Positions 14,421 through 26,993 are shown, numbered from the whole stretch's first letter. The stretch: 63,846 nucleotides of DNA, filler included, from Hyphochytrium catenoides (GCA_900088475.1; 6 parts of 6 records of this genome joined end to end with filler, not necessarily neighbours in it), one strand, 5' to 3'. The notes: a model not told the origin generated them from the sequence alone. Program-made: numbers and translations.

Positions 14421-16490
14421 CTATGAATCCCAGATAATGCCTCCGGGCATGTGCATCAACGACTGACTGCTGCTGTATGAGAAAAAATTGAAAATGTCAA
14501 GAGAGGCCTGGAAACTCAGATTGGAAACTGCAGAAAGAGTTCGCTCTGAAATAAAGAGGTTTGCCCCAGATCTCTGGTCTGCAAAAACTACTCTGGTGCC
14601 ACGACTGGGTAGATGAGCCAGGAAGTCTTCTAATCTGTAGTCAAAGAAGTTGGTCGAAGCCCCTGTGTATCCTTCCACCGCCACCGCCGTCACACTAGCG
14701 ATGACCAAGTCCTAAGAGCCAAGATAGGCAAGGCGCTTCACTTCAGCGAGACAGCAAAGACGTCCCAGCAGCAGCGAAAGAGATGAGGACGGCTCCGTTC
14801 AGCGCAAAGAGCAGGATGAGAGAGGCCTTGCTTCTTGAACACCAATCCACGTAGAGCGCCGAGCTCTCCACATCACTTGAGTTGTTGCACTTAAAGGCAG
14901 AGACTAAGGACAGGACAGAGTCAAGAACGAAAGCTTAGGTGTACCAGCTGATCGGCAGAGGAATAGCGAAGGCAACGCCAGCCTCTCAATCAGCAGAGAA
15001 CTAAGCAGGAAATGCCAGCCTGGAGATAAGGGGGGGAAGTATAGAAAGGCGGGATGAAAGTAGAGGAAGAGGCGACGCAGAAAAAAAAGGAAGGTCACTA
15101 GAGCGTGCCTATCAACTTAGAGGAGCAAAGATTGGGCCGGACGAGCTCCCTTTAGTTTTGTTCCAAGCTCTTCCTTTTCTGCCACACTCCCTGCTCAAGC
15201 AGTTGCTCTTCCTTCTTGCTGTGGTGTGAATGACTGTCGTCTTTCGAAGAACAAGCTACGTATACCTTTAGCAAGCAGCAGAGGCGACGGAAGATGGACC
15301 CTGCACTAGTAAGGAAGAACAAGTGATAAGAGGAGTGCAGGGCGAGACTGTTGACACCGCCCCGTCCGTCCGTCAAGCTAATATCTACAGGAGAGGAGAA
15401 GACCTTCCTCCACCACCTCACGTTGCTTGCACCTGCCACTAGTGATCCTTTTTAATGCTTGTTAGCTGAAGGCTTTCTTCCTACTATGGCTTAGGATTAT
15501 GGCTTGGAAAGTAGCCGTCCTCCGTTCACGCAGAGGAAGAAGCTGTCGCAGCATGTAGCTAGAGATATCAGCAGCAGCGGCCCTCTCTTGCCTCCTTTGC
15601 TACTTCCATGAGTTAAACAAAAGCGGCGCGTTGTAGGAAAATGTGGGCAGGCAGAGGAGGGCGCCGCCCAACACGAGACGGCAGGTGGTCGGGCAGCTCG
15701 AGAAAGAGAAAGAGGCATAGAGAGAGAGAGAGAAAGAGAGAGGGAGAGAAAGGAGAGGGAGAGAGTAGACAGAGAGTGAGAAAGACAGAGAGAAGATAGA
15801 GAGAGTCGACAGATAGAGACAGAGAAAGAAAAATGACGAAGAGAAAGAACAGGACAAAAAGATGGGCGAGCGTCTGTGATGAAGGCGCACAAAAAGGGAC
15901 ANNNNNNNNNNNNNNNCGCAAGAGAAGAGGAGGACAAAGGAGAGAAAAGGAAACGGGGACGTGAAAGAAGGGAGAACAGGGAGGAAAAAAACGGCAAAAA
16001 GAAGCACTCCGTTGCTGCTTTTGCCATTCCGACTACTTTTTCCCTTCCGCCCTTTCCCTGTCCAACTGATATCCCAGCTCTTGATAAAAAGGGGATTCCC
16101 ACCCCCCAAAAAACAAACAAAGTTGTCTGTTGCCTTTCCTTTGATTCTTGCAAGCCCATTTACCTCTCAAGGTCTTTCTCACAGCCTCACTGAGCTAGGT
16201 CAGGCAGCATCAGCTCCTTTGTTCTAGCCCGCTCCTTTCCACTGCTGACTCTTCCATCACATTTATTGATCGCCCCCACCCTTCTTTCTCTTCTTCTTAT
16301 TGACAAAGAGGGAAGTCAGGCTCATACGGTAGAACAGAACACTTTGGCAAGCAAGCAAATGTAGAACTACGATGCACAGGTAACAAGCCAGGCGGGGAGA
16401 AGGATTATTAGGTTGGCAGAGGGAACAGGGAAAGGCAAGGATGGTGGTAGGACTTAGACGGAGAACTGGCGAGAAGTAATGCGTCAACTA
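14421..16490 (-). CDS. Possible spliced gene of unknown function
   Basis: Complex, non-repetitive ORF 14421-14708 (…EGYTGASTNFFDYRLEDFLAHLPSRGTRVVFADQR…) and upstream exon-like blocks flanked by CT-rich intron-like DNA; no recognisable motif. Confidence 0.25.
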
Positions 16491-17615
16491 AGGACTGCGA
16501 CAGGCGCGCTTCAGAGGCGAAGGATCAGAAACAGTGGTGTCAGTGGAACATTATGAGCCTTAGGCCTTGGATTATTATTATCTCACTCTCCTCGCCATCA
16601 TGCTCCCCACCTACGGGCAAGAGAACCGGTCGGACAACCGACCATGTTCCGCGCCCTCTGCACCTGCTGTAGTAATACCATTTGCCTTGGAGAGTAAGGT
16701 ATTCGTTTGTCATGTCAAAAATAGTAGTAATACGTATACGACACAGTGAGCACTAGGCAATGTGATGGCTTTGAAGGCCGTCGAATCCCATCCATCCCTT
16801 ACATTGTGTCAGAGATGTCTGCTAGCCTACCCACCGCCGCCACCACCTCGTTTCTTTGTTATGAAGGGATTTAGCAGGTGTTTGAGGGGAGCTGCTGACC
16901 CAGACCTTGTCAATAATAAATCTAGGGGAGACGAGTAGTGTGGAGCTACAGTTCCCGGAGAGGGTGTACACCCCTTCCACCATCACCATCCCAAACTTTC
17001 CTTGGTTATATTAACCAGTACAACGACGGACAACATACAGCCACGATTTCCTATGTTTATCACTTTGTCTTTGTGAGGGCCTCGTGAGTGACAATCTATC
17101 TATTGAGCCTGTGAGCCGTTCAGCAGTGTTGCACTTATGCCGACGCTCTGTCTCGATGGCGTACTGAGCAATTGATTGTCCATCCCCTATGTCAGCAGAT
17201 GACGAACAAGCGCCCACCCACTCGTCAGTCCTGCCCTTTCTTTGTACAGTAATAAACTTCATGCGTGTGAATATTCTTTGCATGAACAATACAGTAAACC
17301 AAGCTTGGGGTGATTGTTGAACATTCCCTCCCTCCAATAATAAGTTTCAGCTGGCTGCATGTGGGAAATGATGACCCTTCATAATGACCACACCTATGTT
17401 CAGAAGGATTACGAATCGGAACGATTTTTTAAAAGTACGTCTTCTTCGTACTCTAGTAAATAAAGGACCGGTTAAGATGCAGCTTGCCCAGGGTGTAATA
17501 TTCTGAATAAATACCAAAGACGCAAAGGCGGGTAGGGACAAGTGTCCCCTGTGTTCGCCTGTACAGGATCCACCCACCCACCTTCCTTACTTTAGATGAT
17601 CTTATTAGGCAGGGT

Positions 17616-17715
17616 NNNNNNNNNNNNNNNNNNNNNNNNNNNNNNNNNNNNNNNNNNNNTTAATTAATTAANNNNNNNNNNNNNNNNNNNNNNNNNNNNN
17701 NNNNNNNNNNNNNNN
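17616..17715. other. Artificial scaffold linker (N44-TTAATTAATTAA-N44)
   Basis: 100-nt spacer with stops in all six frames; repeated identically five times in the window. Confidence 0.97.
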
Positions 17716-17830
17716 TAAAAGAGCTACGAGTATATTTAAACGGGATAAAACGTTTAAACACGTACTCTAAACGTTTAATAAAGGTTTAAACGTTGATTGC
17801 TTTTGTAGACACCGTTTAAACCCAACACTG
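17716..17830 (-). mobile_element. Terminus of a hAT-like DNA transposon (truncated by the scaffold edge)
   Basis: On the minus strand it begins CAGTGTTGGGTTTAAACGG and is followed by clustered (T)AAACGTTT / GTTTAAAC subterminal motifs. Confidence 0.45.
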
Positions 17831-18959
17831 TTTACTGAGGAAATCAACTGTGATTCTTCCTTTATTGATGATGAACAGGCAGCAGATCGAGCTGAGGTGG
17901 AAGAGCCTAGGGCTTCTTAGCTTTCTTTTCTTCTTCTTCACATTCTTCTTCTAGATTAGTTTGCTACGTAGTGATAAAAGGACTGATAATAATAAAGGCC
18001 ACAACTCAGGAAAACAAAAAGAAAAGAGGTGGTGACGTAAGAATCCAAATCAAGGCAGCACGTCGCTGGGTCGCTGGCGGATGTTTCACCCCTGCTAGCT
18101 ACAGCTCAGAAGCTGCGCGCTGTCGCCACACAGCGTAGTGCAAACATCAGCGCTTGTTAACGGGCATGGGATTGTCGACCGGGACGAAGAGCGAGGACTC
18201 ACAGAGTGACCCTTCGAAGCCGGACGAGGGCGCGACGGAGATGAAGATTTCTTCGCGAGAATTAGAAGAGCTACTACTTCTCCTTTGGCAACCATTCAAA
18301 GGGTAAGGACTATGGATGAGCGTCTCTCTCTTCAATGCGATCTGGATGGGGTCACGAGAGGTACGCTCGCCTCGAGATACTCCAAGACGCTGGTGCTCCA
18401 CGACTAATGACTGCAGTCCCGCGCGAACAAGAAGGGGACGAGCAAGAGCGACTTGGAGTGAGCTCGCGAGGGCTCTGTTGAAGAACACAAGTGTCACCAC
18501 CTCCTCGAAGAGCAATCTACTAGGCGACAGCCGTCTTCTTCTTTGATACAGCGTTGCAGCAGACGGGAGCAAAACGTCGCGCGGTACCTAAAGGAGTTCG
18601 ACAACTTACGATGGACTGCGTCAGCATGAAGAAGGATGTGCCTGATGCAGAAGTTGTACGACCTCACATTGGCATCCCTCAATTTGAGGATAAGACGCAG
18701 GTGGAGTTTTACACCTACAAGTCCGTTGACGACATGCTGCGCCGTAGTGTGACTTGAAGGAGGTCCGCTTCCAATCCTACGGCAGGGGGAAAAATGGCCG
18801 TAGGACAAGCGAGACTTTCATAGTCCACCATAGCTAGCTCGGTGCTTCCGCCCGTTAGCCTGGACAGTAATGAATATTAGCCTCCGGGGTTCGAAAGGCA
18901 AACTAGGTGAAGAGGAGATAGAGGTTAGAGTTGAACCATTGATCCTCGTCTGTAGGTCC

Positions 18960-19262
18960 TTCCAGAGAATTGCGGGTGGGGAGCATTTTTCAACAAAAAA
19001 GAGGACATACTCTTTCTTTCCACGATCAGCGAGCAGACTAGCGACCTGATAACGTGGCCTGAGCCTCTGGTTCGGGATGCACTCGTGAATTTGTTTTGTC
19101 ATGGTCCGAGGTGATAACTTTTGGGATATTGTGATGCTTGACCAGTTCCTTGAGGTAGAGTAGCGCCGCCTGGTCGGCTGTCAGCGTCTTCCTTACATGG
19201 AATGAAGTGGGCGTGCTTAGTAAGTTCGTCTACGACTACCATCACAGCGTTAAACCCTCTTT
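18960..19262 (-). pseudogene. Ty3/Gypsy integrase remnant with possible chromodomain remnant
   Basis: Minus-strand translation with one frameshift: GFNAVMVVVDELTKHAHFIPC/KKTLTADQAALLYLKELVKHHNIPKVITSDHD, then RYQVASLLADRGKKEY. Confidence 0.8.
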
Positions 19263-19269
19263 TTTATTG

Positions 19270-19700
19270 AAGAATGCATCACCATGTCTCACAAGTCATC
19301 ATCTCAGACCTGACAGCAAGTTCACGAGTGCATTCGGAGCGAGCTTCAGAAGCTGTTAGATACCTCTCTAGTCATGTCTACCTCCAGAGACCGCAGACTG
19401 ATGGCCAGACCGCGATAGTGAATAAGGCGATGCTGTTGCCTGACGCTGCTATGTGGACTACAAGATGGCGAACTGCCTGGAAGCCACCACCTCCACCTTC
19501 TACAGTTTCGTTTATGATAGTCGGGAGCAGGTCGCTAGGGCTTCACTCCCTTCCATCTGGCTTACGGTTACGTACCAGCGACACCTGTTATGGCGGCATC
19601 CGCTGCGGTCGCGACTGACTCTTGGCAACTAGTCGTCAAAGGATGGATTAACCCCTCGTGTAGCAGACACCTTAGAAAACATCAGAGTGTCACTCCTCCG
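19270..19700 (+). pseudogene. Ty3/Gypsy integrase remnant (second copy, opposite strand)
   Basis: Frameshifted HHHVSQVIISD/DSKFTSAF…RPQTDGQTAIVNKA, matching the Gypsy 'IISDRDxxFTSxF…HPQTDGQTExxN' motifs. Confidence 0.75.
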
Positions 19701-20989
19701 GCTGCTCCTGATGATCTGATCGAGCCCTGGATGAGGTTCGGCCGGTGGTGTATGGGACGCGGCCTCTCCTCTTTGAGAGTACCCTCATCAGGACGAGTAG
19801 TCCTGCTAGAAGAGCCAAGGAGTGGGCTCTAACGAAGGATGCTTCTACTTTGCTTTTCTCTTTCTGCTCTCTTCCTCTTTGCATGATCTTAGGATAATCT
19901 GCTCTCTTCCTCTTCGCATAATGTAAGGATAACCTCTTGATCCAGTCTCTCTTGCAGGTTAGTACTCTTTTTGTATAGATGGCTGTATGGTTGGTGAGGC
20001 CTCTGGTGAGGTTACATTGACATTGGCCCCTTGGGGAGACCTGCCCCTGCTTTGCCACTGCCCCTGCTTTAAGAAGGAGGCGGTGAAGCTGGGGTTGGGC
20101 CATCATGCCCTAAGCTAGGCTCTCTGTGGTGCGCCAGGCTCGCTGCTGGCGTCCCGTATCTGATCTCTCTTCTCTCCTTTAATCGCTCTTCTCCGTTTTC
20201 CTGTCGTTTGAGCCTATTACTAGGGCATGATGCTTTCTAGGGCTCCCTTACCTATATTCTAATGCACATCAAACAACCTTTTGGAGATCCTGCGCTGTGG
20301 CGGCCGTCGCTATTTTACCCCGCGTGGTGCTTCATCTGTGATAGTGGGTCGGTTAGGATGAGGACGCTCTTGTTGCTGCTCTTCTTGCTGTGCTTGGATT
20401 CATCTCTACAAGAAAATCCGTTATGTGGCGGTGTGTCCCGCTGGTTGCTGCTGGCGGTTGTTGTCTTCTGCTACGTTGACGACCTATTACTTGTGTGGCT
20501 CTTCTCCCTGTCACTCCCGCTCTTGTCCTTCTATCGTTCCTCGTCGCGTTTCTGTCTGCTGCTGCTATGTTGAGTGGGGCTGAGGTAATGGTCCCTCTTG
20601 CCCTCCTCTCACTCTCCTCTGCCTGCGCTCTATGGTCCTGTTCTCTCCTACTCTACGGGTGCCCTAGATGGCGGATCGTCCATCGCCTCCGCTGTCGCGG
20701 CACGCCGGGTGGGCTCTCTGGCGCCTGGGTGCAGGTTACTACTGCTATCTTTGCAATCCCAGGTAGAGTGACTCTCCGCAGGGGAGCTCTTTCCTCACCT
20801 CCTATTTACATTTAATATACTTCCCTCTGAAGCAGAAAATGTTCCTTACTGCGCGCGCTCCCGCGAAGTCTTTCTCTTTGTGGTGCTCTTCTGACCTGAG
20901 GCCTGGCCAGCTAAGGTAGAGACAAAGCACCTTTTCACCCTCATTCAAGACCCGCTGTTGGATTTTTACACGAAAGCGCCGCCCCGCCC

Positions 20990-22680
20990 CCTTTGACTGG
21001 TTCACACTGTCGCTTAGCCTTGGCCGTCATCGTCACTATGTCGCCTTCGTCCACGACTATTATACCCGTTAGGTCTTTATCTCCTTCATGAAGGAAGACT
21101 AACAGTGAGGTCGCACCATCGCCCATCTTGAAACCATAATTGAGATGGCCGAGCGCCAAACAGGACTTATAGTCCAATGTATTCGGAGTGACCGAGGTGT
21201 CCAATACTGCTCTGATGCTATTGTGAGAGGGTATCGCAACCAAGACGCGCCGGATCATCTGAACTTAGTGCTTCGTACAGCCCACGAGCGCAGACTGAAA
21301 GTTGTCGAGCGACATCAAAGAATTCTTGTGGAGTCTGCCCGGTGGTGCATGCTACATGCCGCCAAGTTACCTCCATCCTTTTGGAGCAAAGCTTTGTTGA
21401 CGGCTGCATATGTGGTAACCTCTCCCCAAGAAGCGCTTTCCATGGAGCAACTCCCTATGACAAAAGGTCTAATGCTAGACCATAACATTAGATATCTCTG
21501 GTTCTTGTTGTCGTGCGTAATAGGCCCTATTACCGGTTTCGAAGAGACAGAAATGGACGCCAAGTCAAAGCCGTACAGCATATTCATTCGTTCGCCAGAG
21601 ATTTCAAAGGCCTATTGTTATCGACTTTATGATAATAAGGAAAGTAGTACCACCTTTGAGCGTCCGGATGTTGCTGTGTTAGTCTTTCAAGAAGGAGGAG
21701 ACATTACTTCTTCACTAGTCCAAGCAGCGCCTCTCCAATTAGCTACGTGACTCTCTGCTCTCTTCCTTGACACGAGGAAGACGACAGCCCTCCCCTCCCG
21801 CTGCCATCGGGGACACTAACTGCTGCGGCGAGTTCCCCTAGACAGACTACTACTGCAGCATGATTTGCTCTACCGGCGGACAACCTTCTTCAAAGCTCCC
21901 AGCCTTAGCAATTGGATTCAACAAATAGCTCCTTCCCGAACTCGGCTCTTTAAACGCCACCCACAAGAAGAGGACTCTATTTGTCCTCCACGCTGGCGAA
22001 GTCCATTGCCACCTCCTCATCAATGCAATGCAAAATTGGTCGACGAAGCCCCTTCTTCTGGGCCTGACGCTTGGGAGTGATTGAAACGCCACTATCGTCA
22101 GTAAAATGAAGGAGTCTATAGAGCACCGTGACGTTTAGGAGCTTTCGGAGCTCGTTGAATCTCCTCATCACTCACCGACCGCACCTCAAACAATCGAGGG
22201 TCTCTTCTTTTGGCCCTGACACTTGGGAGTGATTGAAACGCCATTATCGTCAGTGAAGTAAAGGCGTCTATGGAGCACCGTGACGTTTGGAGCTCGTCGA
22301 AGGGCCTCCAGGCGCGAACGTCATCCGGTGTCAGCGGGTATTCGCGTCTATGGAAGTGATGGCTGCATAGATAGAACGCTATAAGGGGCGACCTGTTGTG
22401 CAAGGCTAAACTCAGAAAAGGTGATTGAGTACAAACAACGACAGATATTCGCGCCTGGTGTCGTCGTCAGCTATGAGTCCGATGATGATCGGTGTATCCT
22501 TTTTCTAACTGTCATGTATAATTTTGAGATCCATCAGCTGCATAGCCCTGCCTTTCTCCATGATGAAGCCAATATTGAAGAGACCTTTTACATGCGCCGA
22601 CCTCCTAGTAGTTCTGCTCAAGCGAGACAAAGATTATCTCGCTTCTTCTTCCAATTTAAAACGCAGCATCTATGAGGATT
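20990..22680 (+). pseudogene. Ty1/Copia pol remnant (integrase and start of RT)
   Basis: ORF 21145-21750 AERQTGLIVQCIRSDRGVQY…ER…ILVESARWCMLHAAKLPPSFWSKALLTAAYV…SKAYCYRLYD. RT remnants ERYKGRPVVQG, IFAP and FEIHQL…AFLH…IEETFYM. An ~90-bp segment is duplicated at about 22050 and 22200. Confidence 0.85.
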
Positions 22681-22867
22681 TGTCATTAGATGAGGGTGCT
22701 CTACTTATAAGCCCAAGTGGGGCTCCAGAATCTATAGCTATTCTGACTATGCAAGAAAAGAGAGAGAGTCTTCCTCTCGATGCTTACCATGACCACTGGG
22801 AATGGCACTCTTAGAGTTCTATGGGTTAGTTGGACAATGTACTACTAGATGAGACTGCTTTACTTAT

Positions 22868-23685
22868 CAATACAGCAGGCAAGCCTGAGGGCTCGCCCTT
22901 TTAGATAGGGGTAATCCAGCCTTGACTGGCAGGATTATTTGTACGAGTACACCGTACTTTACTTGCTCAAGCAGGATTAGACTATAGTACTCCGTTATTT
23001 ATTAGATTAGAGCCTCTTTTAGAGACTATTATTCGCAGCAAATTGAGATTTGATGAATAATAACCGAGTATATTTGTTGTTTATTTGGAATAGTAACCGG
23101 GTATATTTGTCTTATTTATAAAAACAATAGCCGGTAGGTTTAATAACAGCTACAACAGGTAGGAAGGAGTTGGAGTGGATTTGGTTCCTCAGTATAGTAT
23201 GGTGTAGGGGGAAAAAGAACTACTCAAAGAGTACGATTGGACTACATACAGTACCGAAACCTGCCCCCTTTCGTGCAACAGATACACCCTTTGGCTTGTT
23301 TAAAGAATGAACTAATGAACCCAAAAACGAACAATATGCTTTCGATGAATTGATAATTTGGTGATCACACAAACTGACCAACCACAGAATTTACGACGTT
23401 TGCACTTGTTTTCAAAGTTCTTTTGGCTTCTTTTCACCCCCCTTTCATGTTCCTATTTACGTAAGTACTTACATTTATTCGAACCAAGAAAGCTTATCTA
23501 AATGGTGATTGGAAACAAATCATGAATTAACGTCAACCTCAGCATTGTGCTGGTCCGGGGGTACGATTTACTACCTGTGAACAGACAGACAGACAGACAG
23601 ACGCGGACGAACAAATCGGAAAAAAAATCTGCACCGCCTGACGCAAAACCTAAACAAAAAAGCTTCGCCCTTCGGGCTCGCCAAT
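22868..23685 (-). mobile_element. Non-autonomous Helentron/DINE-1-like element
   Basis: 5' end ATTGGCGAGCCCGAAGGGCGAAGC with a short stem-loop, a (GTCT)n microsatellite and a 3' hairpin GGCGAGCC-ctca-GGCTTGCC. It is inserted into LTR-A with no clear TSD; a second copy starts at 32539. Confidence 0.65.
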
Positions 23686-24077
23686 AAGCCCAGCTGGGGT
23701 CCCACAATCTAGAGCTATTCTGGCTATGCCAACTATTGCTAATAAACCCTAAGATACTCATCCATTCATAGAGATGTTCATATCTAGAACAGTCAGTTTT
23801 GAAGGTAATCTGATGAAGTTTACAGAGCTGGGTGGTAATGCCTGAAGCTTTTGTATGAGCACAATCTAGATGAAACAATAACAAAGGGGCTGGTGATATA
23901 TGATTGAGATTTCTCTTAGTATGTGAACGACTCATGAGGTCGGTCTGGTCTGCTCTCAAGATCCTGCTCGTCCCAGCTTCCTGTAGAACTGTGATCGACG
24001 CTGAAACCAAAAAAGTGTACAGCGGACGACGCAGAGGGGAGTAACCCCTGGCATATAAACAAACGGAAATTAGTTAA

Positions 24078-24564
24078 CACTCCAACGACGGGCCTTTTTT
24101 ACCTTTTTGGTAAATTTTTCGACGCACGTTCCAAACATTGGACAGTTGGGATTTCTCTTCTTGGTAAAATGTCATGGCAAGTGAGTTTGAAGGAGCTACC
24201 GAAACTCACAGCACATTGGTGATCACAACGTGAATTTCGCTTATGTAGTTGTGCGTTAGCCAAATCACTTATCCATTTCCCCGAACTGCAAACTCGCAAT
24301 CCAAAATTGTGCTTATGGGTCTAAGTAAATGACTGGAATTTCATACAGAGAGGTTGGGTGGTCCAAGTTGTCGAATATACCCACATTGTGAGGCCGCTAA
24401 CGCCATTCGAGCGTTATACATTATTTGTGCTTGTTAGGGGTAAGCCTAAGGAAAAGTCATTTACCTTTTTGGTAAATATTCGCTCTAACATTAGCACTCA
24501 TTTTTCAATTTTCAAGTCAACCAAATCCGCACTTTACCTTTAAGGTAAATTCGTCCTTTGAGGG
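24078..24564. mobile_element. piggyBac-like MITE
   Basis: TTAA on both sides (24074-24077, 24565-24568). The 13-bp terminal inverted repeats (TIRs) CACTCCAACGACG and CCCTCAAAGGACG match 10/13. A subterminal palindrome TTTACCTTTWWGGTAAA occurs at about 24098, 24460 and 24533. Confidence 0.7.
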
Positions 24565-24571
24565 TTAAAGA

Positions 24572-24652
24572 GTACGTTTGATGTATGGTGCATACTGGTT
24601 AGGGTGTCGGCATCAAATACAGAGGTTCTGGGTTCGAATCCCGAAGCGTACA
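24572..24652 (+). pseudogene. tRNA-derived sequence (pseudo-tRNA or Pol III promoter head)
   Basis: Acceptor stem GTACGTT/AGCGTAC, A-box-like TGGTGCATACTGG, B box GGTTCGAATCC and a downstream TTTT. The anticodon stem is degenerate and there is a 7-nt extra segment. Confidence 0.6.
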
Positions 24653-25756
24653 AAATTTTCTCCGGTATATCCAGACACCCCCAATACTATTTCAAAGTGC
24701 TCACCACCAAATGATGAAATCTAACACGCTCATCATCTCTCTGTCCTGTGCTGCGCTCACAAGGAAGAGTTCATGGAATTCTCGGCACACATCTCTTTCC
24801 ATAACACAGGTGTACCCGTAACGTCTATGTCCCTGAGAGCTAAGTGTGTATAGAGAGGGACTACTGTACTCCTGACAACGAACATTGTAGCACTCAACAA
24901 ATTCCGAGATCCTGACCAAGCCATAGATATACACAGGGACATTTCGTCTGCCTCATATCCCGGCTTCTATTGGGAATTTGGAGCTGGAGCTTGGGTAGCT
25001 GTAGCTAAGCTTCACAGGATGTAGTCGACATAGCTATGCCCCCAAACTCCAACATCAATTAGATCAAGGTTTCTTAGGGTTCGTTAAGTTGGTTGACTAC
25101 TAAGTGGATCACCTTCCTCTAATGGATAGCTCGATCTATCACACATATACAACTTCAGATGGTAGGGCAATAGCCCCCCCCCCCTCCACGAGCCTTTGCC
25201 TTATGAGGCCCCCACGCAAAGCCATAGTCTAATGAAAAGAGGCGCTTTTGGCAAAGCCTGAGGGGAAAGGTTGATCACACACGCAACTCACGGCTGGAGA
25301 TGTACCTTCGCCGCCTTAATTGATACAGAGGTGCATGTCAAATGTCTGAAGCCATCTTCGAAGCACAAGCTAATTGAGCGGGCAACAAAGGGGCTTTATA
25401 ATGATAATACTCCGTATGAGATTTCACTGATTGAGGTAAATCTGTGCATCGTCTGCAGATCTTGTCCTCATCTTCCCAGCCCTGCTCATAATCTCTGTCC
25501 TACCTAGTGTTAAGTGATAGTTCAGGAATCTTCTCAAGTCTCTCTTCATCTTGGACATCTGGGCATGTAACGTCTACGTTGGTGAGAGCTAAGTTTAGTA
25601 GTGTGAGCGACTAAACTAACTGATAAGGAAGATGACAGCAGGGTAGGACTGAATACTTCCCAGCAGCGTACCTAGCTTCAGTGGATCATCAATCGTAGTG
25701 GAGGTCTCCTAACTCCTGTTGTCCCTCCTCTCATTTACTCTCTTCCCTGCATACGG

Positions 25757-26100
25757 TGTTGGATTTGTATGCGATGATTGGACACTGTCACTAAAAGAGA
25801 GTGCTCTACTTATAAGTTCAGCTAGAGTCCCACAATAGAGCTATTCTGACTATGAGCTATTCCTGATAAAACCTAAGACTTTCAGACATAGAGATATTCT
25901 CGTCGAGAACGTCAGTCCTGAAGGTATTCAGTTGTGCTGGCCATAAGCCATAGAAATAAACAGGGACACTTCGTTCGTTTGCGTCATATCTCGGCTTTTA
26001 CTAGAAGTTTGGAGTTGAAACTTGGGTAGCTAAGCTTACAGCTTGTAGTTCACACAGCGGTGCCCTCAGCCTCTAGCACCTCCCCGCAGCTCGAACTCCC
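25757..26100 (-). mobile_element. LTR family A copy with adjacent polypurine tract (PPT)
   Basis: TGTTGG…CTAGCA (25757-26078) resembles 28730-29052 and is followed by CCTCCCCGCAG, a minus-strand PPT GCGGGGAGG. Confidence 0.8.
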
Positions 26101-26302
26101 GAAAGTGAAGTGTCGAAGTAGATTATTCAACAACATACGGAACTAGACGCGGCAGGTGGTAGCAAGCGTACTGGTCGCAGGTGGAGGCCTACCAGCAAGG
26201 TTAACCGACGAATGCGCGTAAGAATAGAGAAACGGTGATCCGTCTACATGAGTCTCTTGGTAGTATTGACCAATCCTTCTAACCAACTGGTTAACCTGGG
26301 CC

Positions 26303-26520
26303 TTGTTGAGTGTTACAATGCTCGTTGTCAGTGATCACTCTCTATACACACCTAGCTCTCAGAGGCATAGTCGCTGTCGGTAAAAGTGTGTATTGGGGTG
26401 AAGAGATATGTGAGGAGAAGTCCCTGACCTCTTATTTGTTTCGAGCAAAGGACTTTACTAGGAGGAGGATGGAATGAGGCGCAGACCGATCACCAGAGCA
26501 CCAACAGAGACATTCATTCA
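26303..26520 (+). mobile_element. Diverged LTR family B-related fragment
   Basis: TGTTGAGTGTTACAATGCTCGTTGTCAG…CTCTCTATACACACCTAGCTCTCAG matches the start of the LTR at 26994. Confidence 0.65.
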
Positions 26521-26993
26521 GTCAATGGACAGCTGATCATCATCAAGTCCCTTGTTATATGTTCGTCCAGGGAGAGCTTCGCTTGGCCCCGCCCGAAGTT
26601 AATAGTGCATAATCCAGCCTTCGGCTGCATTATGAAGAATGCTTGGATCACTGTGTTAGTTGTACAAGTAACACCAGGAGCTCTTCATTTCTTCCTACAT
26701 GTAGTTCTATCAGTATTTCCTTGGTAGGCCCACTCTCTAAAGGATCTCACCACTCGTTCACCCACGCTTCCTACAACAGAGTAGTGAGTGAGTGAGCGCG
26801 TGAGTGAGTGAGTGACTGGCGAAACTTTTTCAACTCTCGACTGCTGCAGGAGTCGCCTGACATGTCACCTCCACCCTCAGCTCCTACAGCTAAAAATACA
26901 GGAAAGCAGGTGATGCGTCTCAGGTAAAATGAGGCTACAACACAAATTCGCGTGGACGCAGGCGATGTGTCTGTTGGAGTCTGAGGGCACAGC

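Larger units (their letters stand above)
23811..24899 (-). mobile_element. Solo LTR family B inserted in LTR-A, itself interrupted
   Basis: Reverse complement of 26994-27335 (TGTTGAGTGC…TTCATCA). The flanks TAATC and AATTC each differ by 1 nt from the expected 5-bp TSD TATTC in LTR-A. Confidence 0.85.
22815..25054 (-). mobile_element. LTR family A copy, split by nested insertions
   Basis: Pieces 22815-22867, 23686-23810 and 24900-25054 are collinear with the intact LTR-A at 28730-29052. Confidence 0.8.

Noticed and set aside
17616-17715. TTAATTAATTAA palindrome recurring five times
   Set aside because: It is always centred in a 100-nt N spacer, so it is an assembly linker.
24572-24652. Functional tRNA gene
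   Set aside because: The anticodon stem is mismatched, there are 7 extra nt after the acceptor stem, and it lies within nested TEs.
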